DNA of 64,000 nt from the human T2T-CHM13v2.0 reference genome, Homo sapiens: the NCBI RefSeq assembly GCF_009914755.1, contig NC_060925.1; one strand, given 5' to 3'. Of this stretch, positions 27,587-42,792 are shown piece by piece. The first letter of the stretch is position 1, and each line of letters opens with the position of its first letter. Under the pieces are notes generated by a model, which worked only from the letters and a program-made list of their open reading frames with translations, was not told the DNA's origin and did not search any database. The translations under genes and the position numbers were made by a program.

Positions 27587-29570
27587 GAAAATAACAAAAA
27601 CTATCCAGACCCCATAATAATTCAAGGAAAATGATCTAATTCTAATTGAGCATTGCTTTCTATGAGGCAAATATTATGTGAAAATATTGATTAAAGGAAT
27701 AAGAGATTTTTCTGAAATGAAGGCAAGGAAATAAGTGTCTTGGAATAAATAGATATCTTATGAATCATGTGTCCATTTTATTTCTTAACCAAATGTAGCC
27801 AGCTTATAAACAGAACACCAGGACATATGCAACAATAGATAATTTCAGACATCTTTGATGTTTTGACAACTTTCAGTCATATCAAAACCATAACTTTATC
27901 CATATTTTAAGTTTTGATATTATGAAGATATATTTGCCTAAGATTTTAGAACATATTTTATCTACCAATTTTTTTCACTTGACTTATATTGTATATTGAT
28001 ACAAATATACTCAATTTGTACTTCCCAGTAACTCACACATGTTAGGAGCAGTCATTGCTAGTACATCTCAGTGTTTAGCTGGAGTAACCATTCTTTACGA
28101 AACCCCAATTTCACAACTTACTGGAAGGCCAATGCCTGCCCATACTTTCTTTGAATGCTCAGAGGTTTATATTCTCATACTTGCCTCTTGCTCCTGCTGC
28201 ATTAGTTGAGTTTCTAGACTGCTTCAAGTCCAAAACATACGTCCCCATTCATGTGTTCACCTTGGTGTGGAGACTGCATTTTTTCTGCTTCCAATTTCTC
28301 ACATGTGGCATCCATCAGACTTTACTACAAGTTTGAAAAGATGATTTGCATGTTGGTCGTCCCTGCCCTAGGTTATTGTAGCCACACTGCCTTGAAAAGT
28401 AGTTCCTTTGTGGCACCTAATGGATTGCAAAGGCTTTTCCCTGTTTCAAGCTCCTTTTCCTTCCTATCTTTCTTCCCATCTCGTTCTCACTCATTTCTCT
28501 GCCATATCCGCCCTCACTCTTATGGGCTCTGAATTCTTCCCATACTATAATACAGAGCAGAGCTCTCTCTAGTCCCTACTCCAAAACTCCGTTCCAGGCC
28601 CATAGTGGTTGCACCAAAATCCATTAAGGTGAAGTCAACATTGCAGCAGAAAAGACCAGCAGAGTCCCCAAGACTATTTTTAACAAGATCCGTCCCCCAG
28701 TCCCCTTTAGAAGGCAGCTGCTGTTTTAAATAGCAGTATTCACTTTTTTTTCTCGGTTTCACCAGAAATGGTTTCATAATCACAAGAATATAGGCTTGTG
28801 ACCCATCAGGACCTAAGCATAACAGCATGGCTGCTGCTAGTGGGTGTTGTATTCATTCAGAATCACACAATAATTAGATGGATAGCATAGCTTTATTCAG
28901 AGTGAAACCTTCCTTTCACAGAAGAATGAATAAAGGTAAAATAGAGGTACTCTTGTAGATCTGAAAAACAACTTTCATGGGCTAGCCCAGGGGGAATAAC
29001 CACTGGGAGGAGGGGTGCTTACCTGAGTGTTAGGATGCCGGATGCCCTTGTCTGAGATTGCAGTGTGACTCATTTCCTCCCAGAGAGCTGCTAGAGATTA
29101 GGATATGGGTGACAGGAAAGCTAATTGCCTCAGCTTACCAAGTGGCTCCCCTTAAAGGAACACTTATGGCAGACAAGATCACTTTGGGGAACAATAGATC
29201 TTTCCCACTTATCCACACCATCTTGAGGAAAGGCAAGAATCTTCTGGGGACCATGCATCTATCCTGCTACCCCTTCCATCCTCAAGAAGACTCTTACTGG
29301 CCCTCATGAAAGTCCTCCCTTGTTCTCGATGCAGAGAAGTGTCTGCAGACATTTATTCCTGTAGTCTTCTGCTTCCTGCTCACCCTCTGGAACCAGAGTC
29401 AGGGGCTATTCAGATTGGCACAGCCAATGTGTTCTACTGAAGAGCTCCTCTGCTGCTGTGTTTTGAACCCATGACCCTCACCCTGAGCACAACCAATTGG
29501 CCCAGGTAAGGGTGGTGCTGATGCAAATGCAGCATCAAAAGGCTGTCCAGTCACCTCTCACCTACAGATA

Positions 29571-29635
29571 TTAGGTTGGTGCAAAAGCAATTGTGGTTTT
29601 TTTCAATTACTGCAAGTACTTTTGCACCAGCCTAA
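29571..29635. mobile_element. MADE1 (Hsmar1-derived MITE), internally deleted
   Basis: TTAGGTTGGTGCAAAAGCAATTGTGG ... CTGCAAGTACTTTTGCACCAGCCTAA inverted termini; TA on the left flank, CA on the right. Confidence 0.92.
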
Positions 29636-29639
29636 CATA

Positions 29640-30335
29640 ATCAGTCCTAAGCCTGAGCAATTCTACTTCCTAAGTATTTCTCCCTCTTTTCTGTTCACAT
29701 CTCTTCTTTTATAGCTCTTACTTGGATTGGTGGAATAGCTCAATAACAAGCCTCTTTGGATCAAGGGTTATTCCTCTTCTTCCAACTGTTCAAAGAGTGA
29801 TATTTCTAAAATACCAATTGGATCACATCATTTCTATAGTTGAAAGCCTCCAGTGTCTTCCCTCCAGGAGCACTTAGGGTAAAGTTCATACTTATTGGCA
29901 TAATTAAATTGTCTTTATAAGCTGGACCCTGCTTATCTTGAAGGCATTATATTTCTGTATTTCCACAAGCTCCTTCCTGCTGCCCATCATCCTGTACTCT
30001 ACACTCTACTTATACCAAACTATTTTTGGTTTTCCTAACACTATGGTATCCCTCTAGGCCCTTGTGCATATTATCCCTTTTGCCTGTAACAAAGACTTGC
30101 CACAATCACCCTGCTGGTAAAGTCTTCCTTTTCATTTACTTCTCATTTTGGGTGTTACTTCCTACAAGAAGATTTTCTTGACCCCCTAGGCTGGATTAAA
30201 TACTTCTTCTATGTGTTCCCATAATTATTTCTTAACTTGTCTTCCTTGGCTATGAATTCTCTGTGCAAGAAATTTTGCTTCCTTTATTTCCAAAGCCCTG
30301 CTGAAGGCTGAGCATACAGGGAGCACTCATTACAA
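29640..30335 (+). mobile_element. L2 LINE fragment
   Basis: AGAGTGATATTTCTAAAAT..GGATCACATCA..AAAGCCTCCAGTG, CTAGGCCCTTGTGCATATT, TTTTCTTGACCCCCTAGGCTGGATTA. Confidence 0.65.
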
Positions 30336-30337
30336 CT

Positions 30338-33300
30338 TTTTAAAAAATTCATTTATATTGGATATTGATAAATTATACTTGTATATATTTATGTGGTACA
30401 AAGTGATGCGATGATATATGTATGTAATGTGGAATGATTGAATCAAGCTAATTAACATATTCATCACCTCAAATACTTATTTATTCCTCCTGTGTAACTG
30501 CAACATTGTCCCCTTCGACCAACGTCTCCCCTTTTCCCTCATTTCCCAGCCTCTGGTGACCACCATTCTGCTCTTTGATGCTATGTGTTTGACCTTTTAG
30601 ATTTCACATGTAAGTAGAACATGTAGTATTTATCTGTCTGTGCCTGGCTTATTTCACGTGGCATAATGTCCTCCAGGTTCATCTATGTTGCCGTGAATGA
30701 TAATTTCCCTCTTTTTAAAGGCAAAATAATATTCCACTGTGTGTGTGTGTGTGTGTGTGTGTGTATCTTTTTTACTCATTCATCAGTTGATGGGCACTTA
30801 ACTGACACAATAGTCATAACTTGGCTATTGTGAATAATGCTGCAATAAACATGGGAGTGCAGATATCTCCACAACATACTGATTTCAAATCCTTTGGATG
30901 TATAACCAGAAGTGGGACTACTGGATCATATGTTAACTCTATTTTTAGTTTTTTGAGGAACTTTCATACTGTTTTCCATAATGGCTGTATTAGTTAACTT
31001 TCCCATCAACAGCATGCTAGGGTTCCCTTTTCTCCACATCCTCATCAACATTTATCATCCTTTGTCATTTTAAAAATAGCCATTCTGAGAGGATTGAGGT
31101 GATATCTTATTGTCGTTTTAATATGAATTTCTCCAATAATTGGAAATATTGAGCAGTTCTTCATGTATCTGTTGGCCGTTTCTATGAGTTCTTTTGAAAA
31201 TGTCTATTTCAGGTTCAGTGCCCATTTTAATATGGTTATTTGTTTTCTACTGAGTTGTTTGAGTTCCTTATATATTTTAAATTTTAACCCCTTATCATAT
31301 ACATAGTTTACAAACATTTTCTTTCATTCCATAGGTTGCTTCTTCACTTTGTTAATTGCTTTCTTTGCTGTGCAGAAACTTTTTAGTTTGATGTAATTCC
31401 ATTTGTCTATTTTTGGTTTTGTTGCCTGAGCTTTTGGGGTCATATCTAAAAAATCATTGCCTAGACATATATCATATAGTTTTTAACCTATGTTTTCATC
31501 TAGTAGATTTACAGTTTCAGGTCTTACATTTAAGTCTTTAATCCATTTTGACTTAATTTTTGTACATGATATGAGATAAAGGTCCAATTTTATTCTTTAA
31601 CATGTGGATATCCAGTTTTCCCAATATCCTTTATTGAAGAGACTGTCCTTTTCCCATTGTGTATTCTGGGACCCTTTCTGAAAATTAATTGACCATAATT
31701 TCATGAGTTCATTTTTTGGGCTATCTATTCTGTTCTTTTTTATGTGTCTATTTTTATGGTGATACCATGTTGTTTTAATTACTATAGTTTTGTCATGTAG
31801 TTTAAAGTCTGGTAGTATGACACCTCCAGCTTTGTCCTTTTTATGCACAATTGGTTTGGTTATTCAGGGTTTTCTGTGGTTCAAACAATTTTAGAATTTT
31901 TTCTATTTCTGTGAAAAATCACATTGGAGTTTTGATAGGGATTCCATTACATCTGTAGATCACTTTGTGTAGTATAAACATTTTAACAACATTAATCTTC
32001 CAAACCATAAACATCATATATCTTTCCATTTATTTGTTTCTTCTTCAACTTCTTTCATCAAAGTTTTGTAAATTTTAGTGTACAGATCTTTCATCTCTTT
32101 AATTAATTGTATTCCTATTTTAATTTTCTACCTATTGTAAATGGGATTTTAAAAATCTCTTCTTCAGATAGTTTGTTGATAGTATTATAGAAGCACTACT
32201 GATTTTTGCTTATTGATTTTGTATCCTAAAACTGTAATGTATTTGTTTAGTAGTTCTGACTTTTTTTTTTTTGAGACCGAGTCTTGCTCTGGCATCCAGG
32301 CTGTAGTGCAGTGGTGTGATCTCAGCTCACTGCAACTGCTGCCTCCCGGGTTCAAGGAATTCTCCTGTCTCAGCCTCTTGAGTAGTTAGGATTACAGGCG
32401 CATGCCACCACACCAGGCTAATTTTTGTATTTTTAGTAGAGACAGAGTTTCACTATGTTGATCAGGCTGGTCTTGAACTCCTGACCTAATGATCCTCCCA
32501 CCTCAGCCTCCCAAAGTGTAGTTCTGACATTTTTTTGATGGAGTCTTTAGAGTTTCTCTATATAAAATCTTATCATCAATAAACAGCAACAATTTCCCTT
32601 GTTCCTTTCCAATTTGGATGCCTTTTATATCTTTCTCTTGCCTAATTGCTCTGGCAAGGACTGACAATACTATAATGAATAGAAGTGGGCATCCTCGTTT
32701 TATTTCTGGTTTTAGAGAAAAAGCTTTCAACTTTCATTGTTGAGTACAATGTTAACTGTTCTCTTGTCATATATGCTTTTATTATGTGGAGAAACATTCT
32801 TTTTATCCTAATCTGTTGAGAATTTTTATTATAAAAGAATGTTCGCATTTGTCAAATACTTTTTCCTCCATCACTCCATCAATAGGAGGACTACATGGTT
32901 TTTGTCTTTCATTCTGTTAAAGTGGTGTATCACATTTATAGATTTGCACATGTTGAACTATCCTTTCATCCCTGGGATAAATCCCACTTGATCATGTGAA
33001 TAATACTTTTAATGTAATGTTGAATTTAATTTTCTAGTATTTTGTTGAGGAGTTTTACATCTACATTCAACAAGGATATTGACATGTAATTTTTTTTCTG
33101 TAATGTTCTTGCCTGGTTTTGGTATCAGGGTGATTTTAGCTTTGTAAAAAGAGTTTGAAAGTAATTTTTCTTCTTTGACTTTGGAAAAGTTTGAGAAGAA
33201 CTAGTATTTGTTCTTGAAATGTTTGGTAGAATTCAGCAGGAAAGTCATCAGATCCTGGAATTTTTTGATGGGTGACTTTTTATTATTGATTCAATCTCTT

Positions 33301-36300
33301 TATTCAGTATTGGTCTGTTTGCATTTTCTGTTTCTTCATTATTGTGTCTTGGGTGTTATGTGTTTGAGAATTTACACATTTTCTAGGTTATCTAATTTGG
33401 TGTTGTGTAATAGTTCATAGTAATATGTTATGATCCTTTGTATTTTTGTAGCAGCAGTTGCAATTTCTCCTCTTTCATTTCTGATTCTCCTTATTTGAGT
33501 CTTCGCTCTTTCTTCTTAGTGTAGCTAACAGTTTGTTGATTTTGTTTAACTTTTCAAAAAAACAACTCTTGGTTTCATTGACTTTTTTCTGTTGTTTTTC
33601 AAGTCTCTGTTTCATTTATTTCTGCTCTAGTCTTTGTTATTTTCTTTCTTTTGTTAACTTTGAGTTTAGTTTGCTCTTCTTTTTAGTTCCTTGAGATGTA
33701 TCACTAGGTTATTTGAGATGGTTCTTCAAAAAAATAGGCATTATTTGCTATAAATTTTTCTCTCAGAACTGCTTTTGCTATACCCAATAAGTGTTGTATG
33801 TTGTATTTTCATTACCATTTGTCTTAAGATTTTTCTTATTTCCTTTTTGATTTTTTCTCTTTGACCCATTGGTTGCTCAGGAGCATGTTGTTTAATTTCC
33901 ACATATTTGTGTGTTTTCCAAGATTTTCTTGTTATCGTTTACTAGTTTCATGACATTGAAGTTAGAAAAGACAGTTGATATGATTTTAATTCTCTTACAT
34001 TTATACAGACTTGTTTCATGACCTACCATATGATATATCCTGGAGAATGTTTCAGGTGTGCTTGAAAACAATGTATTTTGTTGCTTTTGGATGAAAAGTT
34101 TTCTATATATCTTTTAGTACTGTTTGGTCTAAAGTGTAGTTCAAATCCTATGATTGTTTAATAATTTCCTGTCTGAATAATCTGTCTATTGTTGAAAATG
34201 AGTTATTGAAATATCCTACTATTATTGTATTGCAATTGCTCTCTCCCTTCAGATCCTTTAGTATTTCCTTTATGTATTTACATGCTCTAATATTTGGTGT
34301 ATATGTCTGTACATGTATGTACAATTGTTATATCCCCTTGATTAATTGACATTTCAATCATTATATAATGACCTTTGTAATCTCTTTTTACAGTTTTTAA
34401 CTTAAATACTATTTTGTCTGATATGAGTGTAGCTACGCCTTCTACCTTTTTGTTTTCCTTTACATAGAATATCTTTTTCTATCCCTTTACTTTCAGTCTG
34501 TGTGTATCCTTAAAGGTGAGACAAGTCTCTCGTAGACAGCATATATTTGGGTTTTAAAAAGTTACATTCTATCATTTTATGTCTTTTTATTGAATTATTT
34601 AATTTATTTACACTCAAGGTAACTGTTCGTAGGTAAGAACTTACTACTATCATTTTATAACTTGTTTGCTTATTGTTTGTATATACTTTCTTTCTTTCCC
34701 TGTTGCTGTCTTCCTTTTTGGTTTGATGGTTTTCTATAATAGTATGGTTTGAATCCTTTTTATTTGTGTTTTATACATCTAGTATAATAACTTTTTACTT
34801 TTTATTTACCATGAACTTTTTACTTTCTATTTACCATGAGGCTTTATTAGTATAAAACATCTTATACTAATAGCAGTCTATTTCATGCTGAAGAAAACAA
34901 CTTTGACTGCATACAACAACTCTATGCTTTTACTTCTTTCCACTATATGTTTTTAATGTCAAAATTTATATTATTTTGTAATTTTTATTCCCTGACAACT
35001 AATTTCAGTTATAATTGTTTTAATAGATATATCTATTAAGCATCATACTGGAGGTAACATTTATTTACACATCACCATTTCAGTCCAAAGTATTCTGAAA
35101 TATGACTCTGGCTTACTTAATCATTGAGTTTTGTGCTTTTATATGGTTTGTGTTACTAATTAGTGGCCTTTTGACACAGCTTAAAGAATTCCCTTTAGTA
35201 ATTCCTGTCAGGCAGGTCTAGTGGTGGTGAATTTCTTATTTCTGAAGGATAGCTTAGCTGGGTAAAATATTCCTGTTTTTGTTTGTTTGTTTGTTTTTGT
35301 TTTGTTTTGTTTTCCCTTCAGCACTTTAAATATATCATCTCATTCTTTCCTGGCCTGCAGCGTTTCTACTGAGAAATCTGTGAAGTGTTGTATTGGGACT
35401 CCCTTGTATGTGTTTCCTATCTGTTGCTGCTTTTAGAATTTTTTCTTTGTCTTTTATTTTTGATAGTTTGATTATTATGTGTCTTGGTGAACCTTTTTAT
35501 GGGTTTAATTTGTTAGTTTATTTGGGTGATGCCATGAATTTCTGATTATTTTTAATTCTTGTGCCCTTATGTTGGTGTCTGCACATTTGAAGAGACAACC
35601 ACCTCTTCCAGATTTTACAAGAATTCTTTGACAGGGATAGACTTTTCCTTATTTAGTCTAACCTGTGATTTTGAATGGACCAGCTGGTAATAATCTTGTG
35701 CAGACAGAGCTTGTTTTTGAGTTCTCTAGGTAGCTGCTTGGATTTTGGGTGTGGCTGCTGGTTGGGCTAATCTGTCAGGAGAGACCACTGGCTGAGACAT
35801 GCAATCAGACAGATCTGCTGGATGTACATTGCAATGATCTCAGATCAGCCTGGGCCACAAGGTGTATTCTCTGGCCAAGTGGTACTGTTGTTTGAGATCT
35901 GCAGCTGGATGGGGTTTCAGGCTTGGCTCTGAGGTTAGGCAGAGTAGCTGCTCAAATGGAGCATGCTTGAGTGTGGCAGAACTAGCCACTGCACTTTGCT
36001 GAAGTGTTCTGTTTGGTTGTCTCCATCCCTGGACAGGGTCTTGGGCAAGCTTTGAGGCTGTGCTAAATGCTGTATAAACTGGATCCCACTCTTTTCCAAA
36101 TTGTGCTGGGACAAGCATCTCTCTCCCTGGGTTGAGGGCCTTGTGGTAGGGTCTGAGACTAAGCCTGGAGGCTCGCCATCTAGGGATTCAAGCTAGGTAG
36201 GACTTTCCATCACTTCTGGGAGTGACCAGCTCAGCTTTGTGGGTAGGTGATGCTGTTGGCTTGTATCTCTGATCAGGTACCACCACTGGAAGGTACACAG

Positions 36301-36718
36301 AGCTATCAGCAAGGTTTGTTCAGTGTTCATGCTGTTACCCGCTGTACTCCTTGTGAGGTGAGACCACAGCGGGCTTCCTGGGAAGCGTCTCAGAATTCTA
36401 GGGAAGCTGGATGTCCAACTCCAGTTCTCTTTTCCCACTGTTGAAACTGAGCCTTGGGGAATCCTCTCTGTGTGGTACTTTGCTGACTCATGGAATGGGC
36501 AGGGGTGATGGGGTGATGCAATCAGTGAGGCCATTTTACTTAACCCCTTTTGTGGTCTTTATTTAGTTCTGTTGTCCACACTGTTTTCTCAAGCTTATTC
36601 TCAAGTACTGGAGTTTTCACAAAGGCATCCTTGTCTGTGGATAATTGTTAGTTGAACTTTCTATGGGGGGTAGTGAAGCCTGTGACCTCTTATTCTGCTA
36701 TCTTGCTGATGTCACCAG
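30338..36718 (-). mobile_element. Old L1MA-type LINE, near full length with internal deletions
   Basis: L1MA 3'UTR at 30338-31000, ORF2 remnants ([34 protein letters not shown]), and a 5' terminus reading GGTGACATCAGCAAGATAGCAGAATAAGAG on the minus strand. Confidence 0.88.
32261..32517 (-). mobile_element. Alu, 5'-truncated, inserted in L1MA
   Basis: Ends at CCTCCCAAAGT, so about 33 nt of the 5' end are missing; perfect TSD GTAGTTCTGAC at 32250-32260 and 32518-32528. Confidence 0.95.
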
Positions 36719-37487
36719 CTAAATCTTTATTAATTAATCAATGAATAAAATATATACAGAGTGAGACAAAGGGAAAAAATTAAGCAGAAAGTATGTAGTG
36801 AGGGGAGAAGCAAAGAGGGAAGAGTTGAGTTGCCCACATGGAAGACTTATAGAACTGCTATTAGTTTATCGCACCTACTTTGAAATGAGTACGTTTGTTG
36901 TTGTATTTTGAAGTAGTAATGAATAATGTGTCAGCCACTCGTGGGGTCCAAATGTTTGGCTGCTTTATCCTCTTCTTCCTTCTCACCTATTCTTAAAATA
37001 ATAATCTATAAATTGAGGTGATCCAGACATACCTCTGTCCTGAAAACCTGATGAAGCCTCACTATCGTCCAAAAAAAAAAAAATTGCAAAACTTGGACCA
37101 CCCTAAGTATTTAATTTAATATTCCCCATTTGTCTAGTATACAGATATGATAGCACAACTAGGGATACGATGGTTGTATAAAATATTTTGCCTCCCATGA
37201 AAAGCTTATATTTAAAGAGACAGCCCATCTATCCAAAAACATTAGTCAACTATTACTAGATAGTATTTGGTTAAGTGAAAGTTGAGTGAAAAAAAAAACA
37301 ACAAAAAATAGAATTTAGACCCAGACTGAAGTGAGCTCAGTGTGAGCTGAAGACTTCAAATAAAGCTTCAAAGAAGAAGTGATGTTAACAGAAACTCTGA
37401 AATTATTGTATTATTTGTATTGATTTGATATTTTTCCTTGGATTTTATTCTAAGAAAAAGCTAGCCTGTGCCAAATTGCAGAGTGCC

Positions 37488-37912
37488 TCACAAAGTCTGA
37501 ATGTATGTACCTGCCAAATCTCATGTTGAATCATGATCCCCAGTGTTGGAGGTAGGGCCTGGAGGGAGGTGTTTGGATTGTGGGGGTGGATCCCTCATGA
37601 ATGGCTTAGGCTATCCCCTTGGTGATAAGCGAGCTCTTGCTCTGAGTTCCCATGAGATCTGATCATTTAAAAGTGTGTGACATCTCCTCCCCCAGCTGAC
37701 TCTCTCTCTTTTCCTCCTGCTTGTGCCATGTGGAGTGCCTGTTCCCACTTTACCTTCTGCCATAATTGTGCTTCCTGAGGCCTCCCCAGAAGCTGAGCAG
37801 ATGCTAGCACCATGCTTCCTGTAAAGCCTATAGAACCAATTAAACCTCTTTTCTTTATAAATTACCCAGTCTCAGGTATTTCTTTATAGCAATGCAAGAA
37901 AAGCCTAATACA
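37488..37912 (+). mobile_element. MSTA/MSTB-type MaLR solo LTR
   Basis: CCAAATCTCATGTTGAA..CCCCAGTGTTGGAGGT.GGGCCTGG..GAGGCCTCCCCAGAAGC..AAATTACCCAGTCTCAGGTATTTCTTTATAGCAATG..CTAATACA. Confidence 0.93.
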
Positions 37913-37959
37913 GCACCCTTTAAAAAGGTAGTAAAAAATCTGGTCTTCAAAAGTAGATT

Positions 37960-39870
37960 AGCTGGCTTTCAGTTCCAACATGCAAAAGCTTAGAAGTCAT
38001 CAGTTCCATTCTATCAACAACAGCAACAACAAAGAAGATAAATAAACAAAATTAGCAGCTTTTCATGAATACCTCAGAAAACTGAGATTGCAGGGCAAAT
38101 TGCCACCCCTAAATCTGGAAAAACAGGTGAATCCAGAGAACCACATGAAGACAGCTTACTGCTGGGGAAGCCCTGGAGCCATAAACTGGAACACTTAAAC
38201 AACAATTTTGACAAATTTCAGAAGGCTAATGTGAGAATTATCCTGAGAATGAGAAACTCCTAGGTGCTGCAATCTTAGGGGCACCCACATACTTTTGTGA
38301 GTTTTATCTCCAGACACCACACAGTGTTCTTATGGTGAAGAGCGGTCAGAAAAAATTCATGGCTCAGGTAGAAGGAGGGAAAGAATAACTTGTAGAATAC
38401 AACCTGACTGTTCTTCATAGCAAAGACTTACTCTCCAGGGGTAAAGATTTATCAGAGCCTTATCCCACCTAGGGGAAAATAATTTCTCTCACTCTAGCCC
38501 TCTCTAGCATTCCTATTTCACCTGAGTGAGGAGAGAGGACAAGACACCCTTGTGAAGGTCACATTCCAGGAACACAGGCCCACTAAAAGAGTGAGACTTA
38601 ATAATAAGATTACAGAATGCTCCTCACTCCCACACCTTACTGTCAGATCAAAAGGACTCTGGTATAAGGGTGGGTCACAGTTAAAAGAGCTGCAAGATTT
38701 AAACTCTCTCTGAAGAGGAGTACTTAGGGAATCTCAAAGTTAACAGAGTAGAATAAACAAGGATACTAGAGGAATTTAGTCTCTGGCCTCTACCGATATA
38801 GCAAACATTAAATATAGCCCAAATCTTAGCCAGATTAACATAAAACTTCACATTAAATTCATGTTTACTTCAGTTTCTATTGCCCAATATATCATGTGCA
38901 GCTTTCAACAAATATTGCAAAATGTGCCAGAAGACAAGGAAAAATGCAGTTTGAAGAGACAAAGCAAGAATCAGAAAGAAAGTCAGATATAACATAGATT
39001 TTGGAATTATCAGATAACATAATTATCTGATAATTACCTAACATAATTAATATGTTAAGAGTTATAATGACAAAAGTAGACAACTTGCCAAACAGATGGG
39101 TAATATAAAAGCAGAGATTAAAACTCTAAGAACAATAATAGGCGATCCTAGAAATCAAAAACATTGTAACAGAGATTAAAAAAATGTCTTTGATGGTCTC
39201 ATCAGTAGACTGGACATGAGTAAGAAAAGAATCAGTGAACCTAAAGATAGACCAACTTCTCATACTGAAGTACAAAGAGAAAAAAAATGAAGAAAACAAA
39301 AAACAAAACAGAACATTCAAGAACTGTGGAACGATTTCAAAAGGTATAACATATGTGTAATTGGGATATTTGAAGGAGAAGAAAGAGACAGAAATATTTG
39401 AAGTAATAATAGAGAGAATTTTTCAAAGTTAACGACAAACCTCAAACTACAGATTCAGTAAGCTCAGATAACTACAAGCTGAAGAAATACCAAAAAATAT
39501 ACGAGAGGTGTGCATATCATTCAGATTGCAGAAAACCAAAGACAAAGAAAAAAATCTTAGAAAAAGCCAGGAGGAAAAATCGTATCATCTGACCTATAAA
39601 AGAACATGATAAGAATTATAGCAGACTTCTTGTCAGAAACCATGCAAGCAAGAAAAGAGTGAAGACAAATATTTAAAACTTGGAAAGAAAAAAAGCCACC
39701 CAACTAGAATAATGCATTCATCAAAAATACACTTCAAAGATGAAAGATCTTTTTCAACAAAATCACAAAGAATTTATTGCCAAGAAATTGGCCCCAAAAT
39801 AATTTTAAAAGCAGTTCTCTAGGCATAAGGGCAAATTATGTTTCAGGAACCGGGATCTACCTAAAAAGAG
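37960..39870 (+). mobile_element. Old L1M (MC/MD-like) 5'UTR and ORF1 region
   Basis: ORF1-type CAAGAACTGTGGAACGATTTCAAAAGGTATAACATATGTGTAATTGG, AGAATTATAGCAGACTTCTTGTCAGAAACCATGCAAGCAAGAA. Confidence 0.75.
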
Positions 39871-40488
39871 GAAGAACAGGAGGGTGGCCAAGATGGCTGA
39901 CTAGAAGCAGTTAGTGTGCACGGCTTGCCCAGAGAGGAACAGAAGGGGAGAGTAAACACAACGCCTTCAACTGAAACACACAGGTACTTGCACTGGGAGT
40001 AATCAAGGAAACAACTTAACCCACGAAGAATGAAGAAAAGCAAGACAGGACAACGACCCACCAGGGAGCAGCACAGAGCCAGGGAAACTTCCCCACTCAG
40101 GGAAGTGGTGAATGTGCGACCCCAGGAAACCATGCTTCTCTCACGGATCTTTGCAACCTTCCTTGTGAGCCCATCCCAGCAGGGCCTTCAATCTGACAGA
40201 CAGAGCTATATGGAGTTTAGGCAGAGCAGCCGCTGAGGCATGTGTGGAGACCCTGGTGCCTTAAATAGTCCGGCTTTCCGGCAAAAGTAGCTGCAGCTCC
40301 AGCAAAGTGAAAGATTAGACCCCCATACATACCCCTAGGAAAGAGGCTGAATCCAGAGGCTGAGCAGTGACAGCCTGCAGGCCCCACTTCCACAGCACCT
40401 CCCAAGATAAGACCCACTGGCTTGGAATTCCAGCCAGCCACTGGTAGCCGCATTGCACCTCTCTAAGAAGGAGCTGAGTTGTAGGGGA

Positions 40489-41830
<1,342 letters not shown>

Positions 41831-42504
41831 GAGCTATCGAGCCAATAACAACTTGGCAATGCTCTGGACAGAACCTCCAGGAGCAACTGAAAGCCTCTGC
41901 TACTACGTCTGCAATGGAACTGCCCTTGCCATCCTTAGACAAAGGAGCAAAGACCCTAAGTGCCTTATCCATATCTCCAACAAGCTGTGGTCAACCCAAG
42001 GAGAGAAGGCCAGTCCATCTCCCATAGGTTCCCCACACCCCTGACTGGTTGTTTTAAGTCAGGGAACCCCTGGCACACATTTCCCTCTAGAACCCTCCAC
42101 CTTGGGCTGATTGCACTGAGCTGTTGCTGACCTGCATCTCTCTGGGGTGGAGCCCCCAGGAGACAAGCAAATGACACTTTACAGATAGCAATGAAGAGCA
42201 TTGAGATTCAGGAGATGGCAAAACCCAGTCTAAGGAAAATAAGAATCACAATAAAGCAATACAGGAGCTGAAGGATGAATAGCTGGTGTTAAAAAGAACA
42301 TAACAGGTCTGACAGAGCTCCATAACACAATACAATGATTTCACAATGCAAACACACGTATTAACAGCAGAATAAACCAAGTAGAGGAAAGAACATCACT
42401 ACTTGAAGACTAGTTCTCTGAAATAGACAGACAGTTCTTAAAAGTACAGTTCTTATAAGTAAGAACATGTAGCAGTTGGCTTTCTGTTAAGAAACCAAAA
42501 TTTG

Positions 42505-42792
42505 GTTAAGAATCAAATACTGCATGTTCTTACTTATAAGTGATAGCTAAATGATGAGGACACATGAACACATAGAGGGGAACAAGGCACACTGGGGCCT
42601 ACTGGAAGGCAGAGTGTGGGAGAAGGGAAAGGATGAGGAAAATCAGGAAAAATAAATAATGGGTACTAGGCTTAATACCTGGATGATGAAATAATCTGTC
42701 CAACAAAGCCCCATGACATACATTTAACTGTGTAACAAACCTGCACATCCTGCATATGTACCACTGAACTTAAAATAAAAGTTAAAAAAAAA
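42505..42792 (+). mobile_element. Short L1PA/PB 3'-end fragment inserted in L1 ORF1
   Basis: CAAATACTGCATGTTCTTACTTATAAGTG..GATGAAATAATCTGT.CAACAAA.CCCCATGACA..ACTTAAAATAAAAGTT plus A-tail. Confidence 0.9.
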
